DNA from: Savitreella phatthalungensis
Taxonomy: Eukaryota
Assembly (NCBI GenBank): GCA_051599415.1
Contig: AP039695.1
Location: 62,001-126,000, forward strand
DNA length: 64,000 bases
Direction: 5' to 3'
The notes beneath the pieces were generated by a model that was given only the letters and a program-made list of their open reading frames with translations, was not told the origin of the DNA and made no database searches. Shown one piece after another: positions 33,726 through 45,092 of this stretch. The translations under genes were made by a program, and so were the position numbers. Each line of letters starts with the position of its first letter. Position 1 is the first letter of the stretch.

Positions 33726-34418
33726 AGACTCTCTATAATGACCACACTTATTCGAATGGCATATCCATTAGACCGACTTACGCAAGCTCAATTGCTTTAC
33801 GGGCTTCACGATGTATCCTGTCTTCTTCAACTTGTTCCAAACTCATTATGAGGTGAACACTCCACTGGAACAATTTGTTTATGGTTTGAGTGTTATCTTG
33901 GTCACAGCATTTAAGGTCTTGTAGGACATGTATGATAGCAATTGACTACATGACATTGCTTTGATGACACCTCTGCTGCGGATTCGGCGAAAACTACCAC
34001 GTTGTGCTTGTATATCATCGTTGGGCACCGACGACTCAATAAATGGATTCTATGATAGCAGCGGGCAACGTCACTTGTTCTGTCGATCAGAAATGAACAT
34101 CGGACGTTCATTTCAGCAGTGAGCATCAACACCGCTCCCTCATACATACGCAGGACCCAAGGCATGTGAATCTGGCTCACATTTGGCAGCCTGAGTGGCA
34201 ATCAGGATTTCCCGAATACGAGCATAGTGCAACTCGGGCGAATATCTCGCCGCAGCATTTCAATTCAACTTGATTTTTGTGCATCTGCGTCGCCGTTCAA
34301 AGAAGGCTAGTCGTGGATGCAATGCATCTTGCGACACTCTTCATATCTATTCATACATTCGGTCAAAAACATATCATAGGCAGTGAGCTTGGCCGGGCGA
34401 ACGCGCCTCTCGCGTTGC

Positions 34419-35621
34419 ATGGATCAGCTATGTCAGGAGCTTGATATATCGGCCGACGATCAAGTCGGGCGGTCATATCTGTCTCATCTGACATCGCTGT
34501 CTCTGTTCCAGATCGGCGATCAGACGCGCCTGCTAGACGAAGAGCTTCGAGAAACGGATGATTCCTTACGCGCTCTGACTGTACGCGAGCGGGATTCCTT
34601 CACAAAGTCCCAGGCTGCCACGGTCTTAGACCAACTGCCCGAACTTACACAAGCAGTTGCCAATGCTGAAGCACGCATACCGCAGCTCGACACCGCTGCT
34701 ACTTTTGACACAGCTCGCCTGCAGGAATCCACAGCTTTGCGGAAACGAAATGCCATCCTGGCTCGGAATGAGCGCAAGGTCCAAGATTTGCTTGACATCC
34801 CAGGTCTGGTTCGTACCTGTGTACTCAATGGTTACTACACTGAGGCAACCTCGTTGGCACAGCAGCTTGATCGCATCCACGCGCGGCAACCCAACAGCAC
34901 TACAATCGCTTCGCTAGTCGCACAAGTCAAGAGCCATCTGGATCAGATGACACTGCAGCTGCTCCAGCTGATGAATACCCCGATCAAATTGTCGCTCGCA
35001 ATCAAAGTGGTCGGATTATTGTCCCGGCAGCACAACACGGGCTCCGGCAGCACCAGCAGTGGCGCTGCTCTTTCGGAAGACGAGTTGCATTATCTCTTCT
35101 TGAAAGGCAGGTACGATGCATTGCAAGACATGTTCTCAGGTCTTGAAGGGCTGCGAGATGCACCGGACAGGTACGCAAAGAAATACGTGGAAATCTTCCG
35201 AGAACAGTGCTTTGCCATCCTGACGCAATACCGCGCTGTATTTGACCGAGCTGCTGTGAAGGACTTGGCATCGTCTGATACGCCTGATATCAATGTCGAC
35301 GATGCGCAGGACGATTTCACGGCCTTCCGTCACAATCTGCTACCCCATTTCGGGCAACGCATCGTGGCCGATCTCCTCACGATGTTACGAGAATTTGTGC
35401 CACAGCTCGACGGCGCAGCTGCGCGAGCAAATCTTTTGACACAATCGCTCTATGCTGCACAGTCCCTGGCTCGCGTTGGCTGCGACTTTACGCCAGAGCT
35501 GGTCGAGCTCTTTGAGAAGCAAGAGGCAGAAGATCTCGAAGCCGGCAAACAAATCCAGGCAGGGTATCTTGTCGCCGCTGTATATAGCAGCCAGCGCGAA
35601 ATGGCACGGCGACTGGACTAG
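34419..35621 (+). CDS. COG8: conserved oligomeric Golgi complex subunit 8 (Dor1)
   Basis: LLDIPGLVRTCVLNGYYTEA, YVEIFREQCFAILTQYRAVF, LLTQSLYAAQSLARVGCDF. First ATG is at 34419. Confidence 0.9.
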   Translation: MDQLCQELDISADDQVGRSYLSHLTSLSLFQIGDQTRLLDEELRETDDSLRALTVRERDSFTKSQAATVLDQLPELTQAVANAEARIPQLDTAATFDTARLQESTALRKRNAILARNERKVQDLLDIPGLVRTCVLNGYYTEATSLAQQLDRIHARQPNSTTIASLVAQVKSHLDQMTLQLLQLMNTPIKLSLAIKVVGLLSRQHNTGSGSTSSGAALSEDELHYLFLKGRYDALQDMFSGLEGLRDAPDRYAKKYVEIFREQCFAILTQYRAVFDRAAVKDLASSDTPDINVDDAQDDFTAFRHNLLPHFGQRIVADLLTMLREFVPQLDGAAARANLLTQSLYAAQSLARVGCDFTPELVELFEKQEAEDLEAGKQIQAGYLVAAVYSSQREMARRLD

Positions 35622-35897
35622 ACGACGATCAATAACGATATCATGACGTGACGAACTTTGATAGACTCCGAGCATGCACTTCGTACTCGACCAAATACTG
35701 CGTGTAGAAGAACTTGCGTGTCGAGTCTTGCCCTGGTTTCGACATTTCCTGCATGACAGGTTCCAGAGATTTGACAATTTTCACCGCCAAGTTTCGACGT
35801 CATTGGGGAATCACAAGATGTTTTAGTGAAGGACAACGTCACTTCAAGACTGACTTCTGATCTAAGCTATTTGGCAGGACATCCAATAGCTGCCGTG

Positions 35898-37091
35898 ATG
35901 AAGCTGATCAGAAGACACCTGGAGAAGGATAAGTCCGGCTTCATGACTTTGTGTCCCGAGCAACCGGAGGACATGTGGCATACGTACAACCTTTTGCAAG
36001 TTGGAGACGTGCTCAAAGCGACCACAGTCCGGCGAGTCGTCCATGAGAGTGCCACGGGTACGACATCGTCCCAGAAGGTGAGGACAAATTTGTCCATCGT
36101 TGTGACAAAAGTCGACTTTGACGCACAGGCGAGCGCCTTACATGCTAATGGTACGGTCTGCGAGGAGAACGCGTATGCAAAACTCAACGCGCATCATACG
36201 CTCGACCTCGAGCTCAATCGCAACTTCACAATCAACAAACCTGAGTGGGATGCTTACGCGCTCGAGCGAGTCAACCTGGCCTGCGATCCAGCTCGGACAG
36301 CAGAGGTCGGCGCTGTGGTGCTGCAGGAAGGTCTGGCGCACATCTGCCTATTGACCGAGCACATGACGGTGACACGACTTCGGATAGAGCAGTCGATCCC
36401 GCGGAAAGTCAGAGGCTCTTCATCGCAGCACGACAAAAGTCTCGAGCGTTTCTATGACACTGTGTACGAGGGTGTTCGCAAACACTTGTTTGACGATGTG
36501 CCAGGCTCGGATGACAACGGAACCGATACTACTGGTCTGAAAGCTATTCTTATCGCCTCTCCAGGTTTTGTAGGGGAAGGCTTGGTCAAGCGAATGATGA
36601 CGCGTGCGACGAATGATGGGCGGAAAGACATCCTCCGTGCCCGTCCCAAGATTCTCTTGGTCCATTGCTCATCGGGTCATCTCTTTAGCCTCCACGAGGT
36701 TCTCAAGTCGCAGGAAGTGGTCTCACAGCTCGCGGACACGAAATATGCAAGGGAAGCGCAACTGATCGAGAAGTTTTACAGACAGATGAATGATGACGAG
36801 ACTCGAGCGTGGTACGGTCCCCAACACGTGGCGGCTGCTGTCGAGCATGGAGCCGTCGGAACGCTCCTTCTGACCGACACGCTCTTCCGCGCGGACAATG
36901 TCGCGACACGAAAGAAGTATGTAGCCATGTGCGACGCAGTAAAGCAAGCCGGTGGCTCAGTAGCCATTTTCTCCAGTCTGCATGAAACAGGCCAGCAGCT
37001 CGCACAGCTTGGCGAGATTGCCGCCATTCTCACAATTCCCCTGGCAGAGGACGACCTTGGACTCGGTGATCTGGATCTCGGTGCTGCTTGA
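35898..37091 (+). CDS. DOM34: ribosome rescue factor Dom34/Pelota
   Basis: MKLI...PEQPEDMWHTYNL, HHTLDLELNRNF, ASPGF, AWYG, GEIAAILTIP. ATG is at 35898. Confidence 0.96.
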   Translation: MKLIRRHLEKDKSGFMTLCPEQPEDMWHTYNLLQVGDVLKATTVRRVVHESATGTTSSQKVRTNLSIVVTKVDFDAQASALHANGTVCEENAYAKLNAHHTLDLELNRNFTINKPEWDAYALERVNLACDPARTAEVGAVVLQEGLAHICLLTEHMTVTRLRIEQSIPRKVRGSSSQHDKSLERFYDTVYEGVRKHLFDDVPGSDDNGTDTTGLKAILIASPGFVGEGLVKRMMTRATNDGRKDILRARPKILLVHCSSGHLFSLHEVLKSQEVVSQLADTKYAREAQLIEKFYRQMNDDETRAWYGPQHVAAAVEHGAVGTLLLTDTLFRADNVATRKKYVAMCDAVKQAGGSVAIFSSLHETGQQLAQLGEIAAILTIPLAEDDLGLGDLDLGAA

Positions 37092-37184
37092 GGTGTCTGC
37101 GAAATCTTCTCGCGCTATCGGGCAGTCGTATAGTCATGTATATTTGTACAATAGAGCATCTAGCTGGTCTGTGAAAGGTCCTTC

Positions 37185-37549
37185 TCACTCCTCATCAGAA
37201 TCAGGATACGGCACGAGCGCGAATTCTGGCTCGCTTTTGAGCTTCCAAACCAGGTGGCGGGTGCCATCGATGATGTCTGTGTCCGCTAATTGCGTGGCTG
37301 GGAGTGCTCCAGACTCGTCCAGAGAGCCCAGTTCGATATCTTGCAAGCTTTCTGGTGCGTTCGCTACATCTAGTGACTTAAGCACCTCCCAGAGCGAATT
37401 CTTTACGCTAGAAACCGTGGCGACAGTGTCAAGAGGTAGGAAGATGACTTGCTTGTCACGCTTTACTCGGAGTGTCCAGGCCGTTGTCTTGGATGGCTAG
37501 GATGCGTCAGTACAGTCCAGGGCAGTCGCTAGCGTTGAAAGCTCACCAT
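37185..37549 (-). CDS. small ubiquitin-like protein resembling Elongin B; exons 37549-37547 (ATG only) and 37496-37185, 104 aa
   Basis: ATG|GTGAGC...ACTGAC...CTAG defines a 50-nt intron (37546-37497). Spliced product: MPSKTTAWTLRVKRDKQVIFLPLDTVATVSSVKNSLWEVLKSLDVANAPESLQDIELGSLDESGALPATQLADTDIIDGTRHLVWKLKSEPEFALVPYPDSDEE. The gene model is better supported than the family call. Confidence 0.65.
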
Positions 37550-38124
37550 GATTGGACGTCTGAATGACACGGCGGAAGGTGGAGCTAGGTGACAAGCGCG
37601 GTGACGTCCTCTTTTGTCTCAGCGTATTCCTGCATCCGTCCATCGACTGGCTCGAGTGTGTTGTACCTCTGTCGCGAATTTGATCATGAAGAGATCAAAC
37701 TCAAATGTTTGATCAAATATCCCCGGTACAACTCTGCTAGTCACGTGTGTACGTGTCTAGCCACACATATCTGATTTGCGCCACGGTAAAGGAGAATTCA
37801 CAAATTTTTAGCAGTCCCACGCTCAGACTTTCACGAATTCAACTCTGACTTGACCTTTGTGAGATTTAGGCCATCAGAATTGCTCCATGGATGCATCCTC
37901 TAGGGACACACTCCCTATACGCACACAGTGTAGATTCTCACATCACCAACACTGGGCACGCCTGACACTCCCACCGGTCACTCACTGGTCACACTCAGCG
38001 GACCAGGTGGACTCTATACACACTCTCTCCTGAGCACGCACTCAGCCTCTACTATCCCTGAGCTAATCAACCAAACGCACAAGTTATCAGAATCCGACAT
38101 CTTATAGGAGACACATACATCAAC

Positions 38125-38625
38125 ATGCCTGGTACAACAGTTCGCGACGTCCCTGCGTCCAAGTTCATTGAGGCTTACGCCGCCTTCCTCAAGCGTTCCG
38201 GCAAGCTTGAGGTCCCTACATGGGTCGACACCGTCAAGACCGGTACTGCTAAGGAGCTCGCCCCCTACAACCCGGACTGGTAAGCGCGCCCTGCTCTGGT
38301 ACTGAGAGTATGTTGGCTTACCACTAACTTTTAATTTTACAGGTACTACGTTCGTGCTGCTGCAATTGCCCGTCACATCTACCTCCGCAAGTCGGTCGGT
38401 GTCGGAGCCCTGAAGAAGCTTCACGGTACTGCCATCAACCGTGGCAACCGTCCTTCTCACCACCGTGACTGCTCCGGCAGCGTTCAGCGCAAGGTCGTCC
38501 AGTCGCTCGAGAAGCTCGGCGTTCTCGAGATCTCTGACAACGGCGGTCGTCGCATCACCGAGCAGGGACAGCGCGACCTTGACCGTATCGCTACCTCTCT
38601 CGTCCAGGATGAGGATGACGAGTAA
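38125..38625 (+). CDS. RPS19: 40S ribosomal protein S19 (eS19); exons 38125-38279 and 38343-38625
   Basis: [66 protein letters not shown]...[16 protein letters not shown]. The 63-nt intron runs GTAAGC...CACTAAC...CAG. Missed by the ORF track. Confidence 0.97.
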
Positions 38626-39602
38626 GTGGCTACTCAGGCAAGACGTGGTTCATGATGCAATCGGGAGACTTTCGTTGTCTGTCTGTGTCACGCACCTACA
38701 GCAGAAAACGCGACATTCCCTTGCGTCTGAGCATGTCAGCCCAAGAGCAGTCTGATCTTGGCGCATTCATTACACCAGCAGTGATGCAGGTGATTGTAAT
38801 GCGTGCGATGACTGTCTCGGCGAATGGATTGCTTGGCCGCAATCCTGCCCCATACTTTGCATAAACACCATTTCTCGCAACTACCTTCGAACCATCACGT
38901 CCGAAAATCATGACTGCTTCTTAGAGAGCCTGTCATGCCATAGGATGTTTGGAAAAATTCATGACGATCCACTACAATTGACATCAAGACGAGAAAGGTG
39001 TTTCCCGTTGTTGCTCTCATCGTTTGTGTCTTGTTGCTTGTGACGACGTTTGAACTGCCTTCATGACAAGTCGCTGTGTGCGTTATTGACTGCTTTAGCT
39101 GTGTCAAAGGTGGAGTGGAAGAATCCGCGGATACTACTATCTTGTATCTACATCCAACTGTGGGCACAGTACATTGATTTTGAGATCTACGTAAGCAGCT
39201 ATGATGCACGTCACGCCAAGAAATAAATAGCGAGGCAATCATCGAGGCTTAGACAATCAATCTCATGAGCACCAACCTTGTTCGACAGTGTTCAAGATGC
39301 TTGAACTCAATGAGACATGCTCACGGCTTCTAGGCACGAGCTTCGACATTGTCCTAGCAAACATCTCCTGCAGCTAACCATTTGGCATCAAAGTTATCGT
39401 CCACACCCATCCATACAAGGCTTCTCTCATTAACGCCCGGTATCTGTAAGAAGCGTGATCCTCCTTCGAGACGGGCTCGGCCCCACTTCTATTCAACTTG
39501 CCACAAGTCCTCGTCCCCGATCGTCATTGTCGCTTCTCCTCTCCGGACCTGACGAGAGCTTAAAGTGATCATCTGCATTCGCCGTACTGCCTACTCATTC
39601 AT

Positions 39603-42035
39603 ATGGGTCTCTTTTCCAAGGATAAGGATAAAGATAAGGATAAAGGTAAGCTCAAGGTCGGTCATGGCTCCAGTACCCATTCGCGCTCTAGGTCAAGATC
39701 GCCGCTGCCAGACTGGGCACAGTCAGAAGCACAGATAGCTTCGATCAACGACATCTCTGACGCTGAAGCATTTGCAGCAGCTAAGGTCATCTCGACGCTC
39801 GAGGCCCAGGGTCTGAAGTATGATTTACCTCGGGCGGTCAGCATGCTGCGAGGTAAATTCTGCTGCGGCGACGCGACCAGGTGCATCATCCTAGCGCTTG
39901 CACTCCGCGATGCTTCTGACATGATTCTTGTCGAGACAAACGAGCTCGTCTACCTTCAGGGCGCTGAAAATGTGCGTGGTACGACCTGCTATCTCGACGC
40001 GCTTCTTTTCGCTATGTATGCACGGAGCTTTCCCGCATTCGATGCTTTGCTCTACAGTACCGGCGGATCTAACAGCAGAGATTCTGCCCACTGCATGCCG
40101 GGCGTCGAACAGCTCGCTTCCGACCTTCGCTTATTCGTCAACTTACTGCGCTCAGGTCAGCTTGTCACAACGGACATTGTCGATCAGCTGCGCAGCAGTA
40201 TAGCCAGGTGCGGCTGGGAGGATGCTCGGAGCAGTCAGCAGCAAGATACGTCGGAGTGCTTCGGGTTCGTTGCCGAGGCGCTCGGCATGCCGATGCTTAC
40301 ATTCAAAGTCTTCATTGCTCATGGTGGTCGCGTCGACGCGGACACCGACCACAAGCTTGTCCAGGAGCGCTTTCTTGCTCTATCTGTGCCGGAACCTACA
40401 GATGCTCAGAAGAGAGGACTCCAGCCTATCGCTCCCATTGCACTTGTCGAGCTCATCGATAGCTACTTTCACACAAAGCTCGAAGTTCGGCGGTCGATCA
40501 ACAGACAAAAGTCTGGTCAATTTGACCCGTCTACGTTCAACGGTGCTGTCGATGGAGCGGCAAATGAATCGGCTCCAAGTTCCTCGCGGGCAGGGCACAA
40601 CGACACAGAGCTGCCTTCTTACGCTCAGTCGCATGGCTCGCACAACCCATTCAATCGACTGTTGCACCGTGGTGCAGCTCCCCGTGAAAAGTCTCACACG
40701 AAGATCGACTCTCGTGGCGAGACCACAATGCCTGCTTGGCAAATGTTTGAGCTCGTGCCGCACTATACGCCCCTCGACAGCTCGGCACAGCAACGCACTC
40801 TCGCCAGTCAACCTCCCGTGGTCGCGATCTGTCTGAAGCGCTACTACTTCGATGCTACCGGTACCGCTGTGCTCAACCATACGCCAGTCGCGATTCCCGA
40901 ATACATCGACTTTGCACCGTTCACCGATGCTGAGACGCTGCGCAGTCATGATGCATCAACGCAGTCTGCCGCAAACGCCTATACGCAACGGCGGAGAGAG
41001 GTACGTCTGCGACTCGAGTCTGCGGTATGCCATCGTGGACGACATGTAGGCTCTGGTCACTACGTCGCGATCTGCCGGGGCAATTCTCATCCTGGACAGT
41101 GGTTACTCTTTGACGACTTGTCACCGCAACGAGTCACGCAGGGAGATTTCAGTCTGTTGTTCGGATCGGAAATTCCCTACCTGCCGTTCTATCAACTCGA
41201 GGTGGCGGACACAGTCCTGACCCCACCATCACAGTATTCATTACATCAGCCTCAGCAGCAAAGACCGAGTTCACGAAATCCATATGGCGCTATGACAGCC
41301 ATGCCGGCGCCCGGTCGTGCTTCCGAGCACATCAGGGGAGCCAGCTTTTATGCTGGAGGTGATGCAGCGGATGACTTGCCGCCGGTCGTGCCCCGCCACA
41401 CGCGACCTATCACAACGCTACCCCATACTGATTCTGCTGCAACAATCGTAGTACATCAAGCACCGACTCGACACCATGAGTATGACTTCGCTCAGCCACT
41501 CCATACGCCGCATTTCGAGACTGCAGTACCTTACACCTTCCCTGCTAACAACACAACGCCTCTGCCACTCGAGGCAGAGGCTACAGTATCAGATCAGAAG
41601 CGGGCGAGTGTCCCGCAAATTCACGTGGAAACGCCCATTGAGGATGAAAGTACTGAAGAGGCGAGATTATTCGCGGACGAAGGAGCCTTAGTGGATGCTC
41701 GCAGAGGCAGTGTCGCGAGTGTTGCAAGCAAAGCTTCGTCTTCAGGAGGCCGGGGCGCTCGAGGTCGTTCGGGTCGAAAACCTGAATCAGGCGTGATCGA
41801 TGTCCTCGCGAATGACTTGTCGCGCATCGACGTCGCTGACACTACGACCACCAAAACCGCCGGCGGATTCTTCAGCAAGCTCAAGCATTCACCTGTCCCC
41901 AACAACAAGCAACCCTCATCGACCGCGACTGTGCAATCTGGATCCAACGAGGACACGGCTACTTCCACACCCTCGACACACCCACAGCAGCTGGCGAGAC
42001 CACCTATATTGCAGTTTGGCGGTGGCGACCATTAG
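39603..42035 (+). CDS. ubiquitin-specific protease (peptidase C19), fungal CYLD-like type
   Basis: Cys box ENVRGTTCYLDALLFAM, QQDTSECFGF, ICLKRY, His box SAVCHRGRHVGSGHYVA, WLLFDD, then a long disordered C-tail. Confidence 0.85.
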   Translation: MGLFSKDKDKDKDKGKLKVGHGSSTHSRSRSRSPLPDWAQSEAQIASINDISDAEAFAAAKVISTLEAQGLKYDLPRAVSMLRGKFCCGDATRCIILALALRDASDMILVETNELVYLQGAENVRGTTCYLDALLFAMYARSFPAFDALLYSTGGSNSRDSAHCMPGVEQLASDLRLFVNLLRSGQLVTTDIVDQLRSSIARCGWEDARSSQQQDTSECFGFVAEALGMPMLTFKVFIAHGGRVDADTDHKLVQERFLALSVPEPTDAQKRGLQPIAPIALVELIDSYFHTKLEVRRSINRQKSGQFDPSTFNGAVDGAANESAPSSSRAGHNDTELPSYAQSHGSHNPFNRLLHRGAAPREKSHTKIDSRGETTMPAWQMFELVPHYTPLDSSAQQRTLASQPPVVAICLKRYYFDATGTAVLNHTPVAIPEYIDFAPFTDAETLRSHDASTQSAANAYTQRRREVRLRLESAVCHRGRHVGSGHYVAICRGNSHPGQWLLFDDLSPQRVTQGDFSLLFGSEIPYLPFYQLEVADTVLTPPSQYSLHQPQQQRPSSRNPYGAMTAMPAPGRASEHIRGASFYAGGDAADDLPPVVPRHTRPITTLPHTDSAATIVVHQAPTRHHEYDFAQPLHTPHFETAVPYTFPANNTTPLPLEAEATVSDQKRASVPQIHVETPIEDESTEEARLFADEGALVDARRGSVASVASKASSSGGRGARGRSGRKPESGVIDVLANDLSRIDVADTTTTKTAGGFFSKLKHSPVPNNKQPSSTATVQSGSNEDTATSTPSTHPQQLARPPILQFGGGDH

Positions 42036-42354
42036 GTTGTCGTCGCCTGGAAGCTTGGATTACCATGTGAGCTCATCGCCGCTAAGGTGGACTATGTAAG
42101 ATATGGAAGAAGACGTGGAGATGGGATGAAGATCTCTCATGAACGAATCGATGAATGATGATATGCAAGTAGATTGGTCGTCGTCGATCTTGTCACGCAG
42201 ATTGAAGTGTATGAATCGGAATGGCGCTTCAAATGACACGCACAATGAAAAGGAGGCTGCATCGGAGGATCATGTCATGGAATGACGCATGCAAGTGAAG
42301 GCTGATGAGTTTCCCATGCATCGACAGCTATCGTATTACTGCTTTTGGTACCTG

Positions 42355-43290
42355 TTAGAAAGAGGATGCGATGACGGAATTGATCATGAATGGGATCTTG
42401 CCGTCCATGAGACTTGAGACTGCGGTGGCTAGATGTCTCTTTGGATCTCTCTTTCCGACGAATCTCGTCTTGAGCTCGTCCTGTGTCTTTGTGGCCTCCT
42501 CCTTCACACTCTCCGCGTACTTCTCCGCCAACTTCGGAACCTCTTCCAGCAGCGTGGGCTCGAGTTCCTGCTGAGCCTTCCAGTCAACCTCCAGTCCAGA
42601 ACCCCAGGACTGCTTGTGAAGGGAGAGCAGCATGGTCTCGTCCTGTTTCGTCTTCTTGTAGTCGATGATGGAGGAGGTGTAGTGTCGGTTGAGACCGTGT
42701 ATGAGGGCGTGGATGGTGGGTTTGTTGAGATGGCCGACGGTCGAGGTCGTCTGCCGTGGCTCCTGTCCCATGAGGAGGGATGAGGTGTTGATGAGTCGGA
42801 ATGCGTCGATGACCACTTTCCCGCGGACACTCTGAATCGGGTCGATCACGACGGCGACCGCTCGCGGCGTCAGCTGCTCGAACGACTGCTGCGTGTTGAT
42901 ATCGACGCTCGACAACCAGCATCCGAACCCGGGATGTGAGTGGTACCATCCAACAACCATCTCCGGCCTGCCTGTCTGCTTCAACATCTCCATCATCTTC
43001 TGCTGAAACACTGGGTCGACGGCCTCGACAGACACACCTGTTCCGGACTGTGGCATTGCGAAGACGTCGACCACATGGACCGTGTAGTCATCGACAAACT
43101 CACCGAGCATCAGTCCCATGACCTCCATCGGCACACCTGCTCGGCCGTGCTTGAGCATTTTCAGGAGCGCGAGCGAGGAGATGTACACGCACTCTGCGTT
43201 GTCCACAATCGGAGCATCCTGCTGCGCCGCACCTCCACCACGACCACCCATCATCCCACCAGCAGACAGCATCTGCCGTAAGCCGTCCAT
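42355..43290 (-). CDS. RPN11: 26S proteasome lid deubiquitinase Rpn11
   Basis: [27 protein letters not shown] and intact JAMM motif [14 protein letters not shown]. Confidence 0.97.
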   Translation of the reverse strand: MDGLRQMLSAGGMMGGRGGGAAQQDAPIVDNAECVYISSLALLKMLKHGRAGVPMEVMGLMLGEFVDDYTVHVVDVFAMPQSGTGVSVEAVDPVFQQKMMEMLKQTGRPEMVVGWYHSHPGFGCWLSSVDINTQQSFEQLTPRAVAVVIDPIQSVRGKVVIDAFRLINTSSLLMGQEPRQTTSTVGHLNKPTIHALIHGLNRHYTSSIIDYKKTKQDETMLLSLHKQSWGSGLEVDWKAQQELEPTLLEEVPKLAEKYAESVKEEATKTQDELKTRFVGKRDPKRHLATAVSSLMDGKIPFMINSVIASSF

Positions 43291-45092
43291 TGCGGGTGTG
43301 TATGTCTTTGCTAGAGATTCTAGGTTGGCAGAAGATTACCTCGCAGTTGTAGGAATGTGTGAAGTAGCGCGAGAGATGTCTCTGGGCTCGCTCTCTAGAA
43401 AGGTCGGGGGATTTGGGAACTCGAGAAGGTGATGATGAATCCCGCCTCAGGAGCTTGCAGGCGATCGATGAAGGTTGCTCAAAGCTTTCGTGTGTGTTGT
43501 AGACGAGAGTGCAGAGAATGAAGTTCTGTGACGTTGGTCAATGTGGTGTTGCGTACGTGCATTGTGAGTGAACACGTGTGTATGTAAGTATGTGATAGAC
43601 GCGCGTCAGAATTGTTAGAGTCACTCTCAATTCTCTCCCCAAAAAAAATGATAGATTTACTGATGAGAATTATTAGATACGTACATGTACATGAACAATT
43701 TATGATTGCCGCTTGAATTTGAGAAGGATAGTGGCAAGTTGGCTGCTATCCTCCTGACGATTGTCTGTTGATGGACTGTTAGTCAAACGTTCTATCGACA
43801 GGTGCGAAAGAAAGATGCTGAGCCGATAAAAATCGTGAGATCATGGGAAGCTTACCTTGTCTGACAACCGGTGTTTCGTACGTTCTTGTCGTATGTGTGG
43901 AAGAGTTCTGTCTGTCGTGGATACCATGACCCACAGATGATACCACAGTCACCTCACTTCTGTGTCTGATGATTGTACTTGTACCACAGAATTCATCTCT
44001 AGCTCGTATCTGACCTGCTCTTGAGCCAGAGCCAGCGCCAGGTCCAGAGCCACAGAAGCCTGACTCGACCTGTATCCTGGTCCACTTGGGAGACTCTCCA
44101 GACATTTGAACCTCGAGCGTCAAAACTGATCGACTCTAGTTCCCGAACGACATACACGTTCTTCCTTCACTTTTGCATTCTATCTACGTGATGTGGCCGA
44201 TCAGGTTGTTGAAGCTCTTTGGATGTGAAAGCTGCTTGAGCGGATAAAGGTGGAGGATCTGTACTTGATGTTATGACCCACAAAAGGTATGTATGCATGT
44301 ATGTACAGAATGCATGCATGCATAGCATGTATGTTTGTATGTAGGGCAGGTATGTCCATGGTGAATTGAGTATGTGGGTGGTGGATGAATCCTGACGTAC
44401 GTCGAATGTGTTACAGATGCAGGCCCACCGACCTGTGCCAAATTAACTCACAAACACTAAATTTGGATATGCTCATATCAATTAGCCTTATCATATGAAT
44501 ATCATCAGTGCAACGTCTATGCAAAGAACCTAGATTCCAATAGAGTGGACTACTATAATCTGTGCAATCTGCATACTATACGGTCTTGGAATGATATATA
44601 GGATTAAAACAATTGATGACCCAATTCCAAAATTGAGATAAGCAGAAGCTGAAACGATCACGTGAGCATGTAAACAAAGGAGTTTGGCAAATGATCACGT
44701 ATCAATGCAATGCACATCAGCACAGTAACAGCAGCAGCAGCAGCACAAGCCATTACAGTCCCTTGGCAGGCACACACTCGCCCACGACACTCTCCTTCCG
44801 CATATCATATCTTTCCTCCTCCTCCTGATCCTTTCATCGTCATCGCCATCATCAGCCTGAGTCTAACAGTACACAAGTCGCCAGACTCTTCATAGCCCAG
44901 CGCCACTCTATCCTCATCCGCGAGTCTTAGATCCCAGGCTTGACGCGCCACTACCATTCTTGCCCACACAACGACATGACTAGGTAAGGGATATCCATCA
45001 TCACTGCTTCAATCGGCCTTTCCGTCGAACAGCTCGTGCAGTAATCGACTGCCAGCTTGCTTGCTTGTCTGTCTGCCTGCGCCGATCGCGCT

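Noticed and set aside
37986..37993. TGGTCACA as a HomolD-like box upstream of RPS19
   Set aside because: Only a 6/8 match to CAGTCACA; too weak alone.
38652..38730. C/D-like element downstream of RPS19 (ATGATGC...ACTTTCGTT...CTGA)
   Set aside because: Imperfect C box, only a 9-nt 18S match, no proper D' box; probably 3' UTR.
38014..38755. ORF-track ORFs 38014-38463 (-) and 38441-38755 (+)
   Set aside because: Antisense and off-frame shadows of RPS19.
1399..43290. Apparent ubiquitin-system gene cluster (CUE, F-box, EloB-like, USP, RPN11)
   Set aside because: The genes are dispersed among unrelated housekeeping genes, and ubiquitin-related genes are common in fungal genomes.
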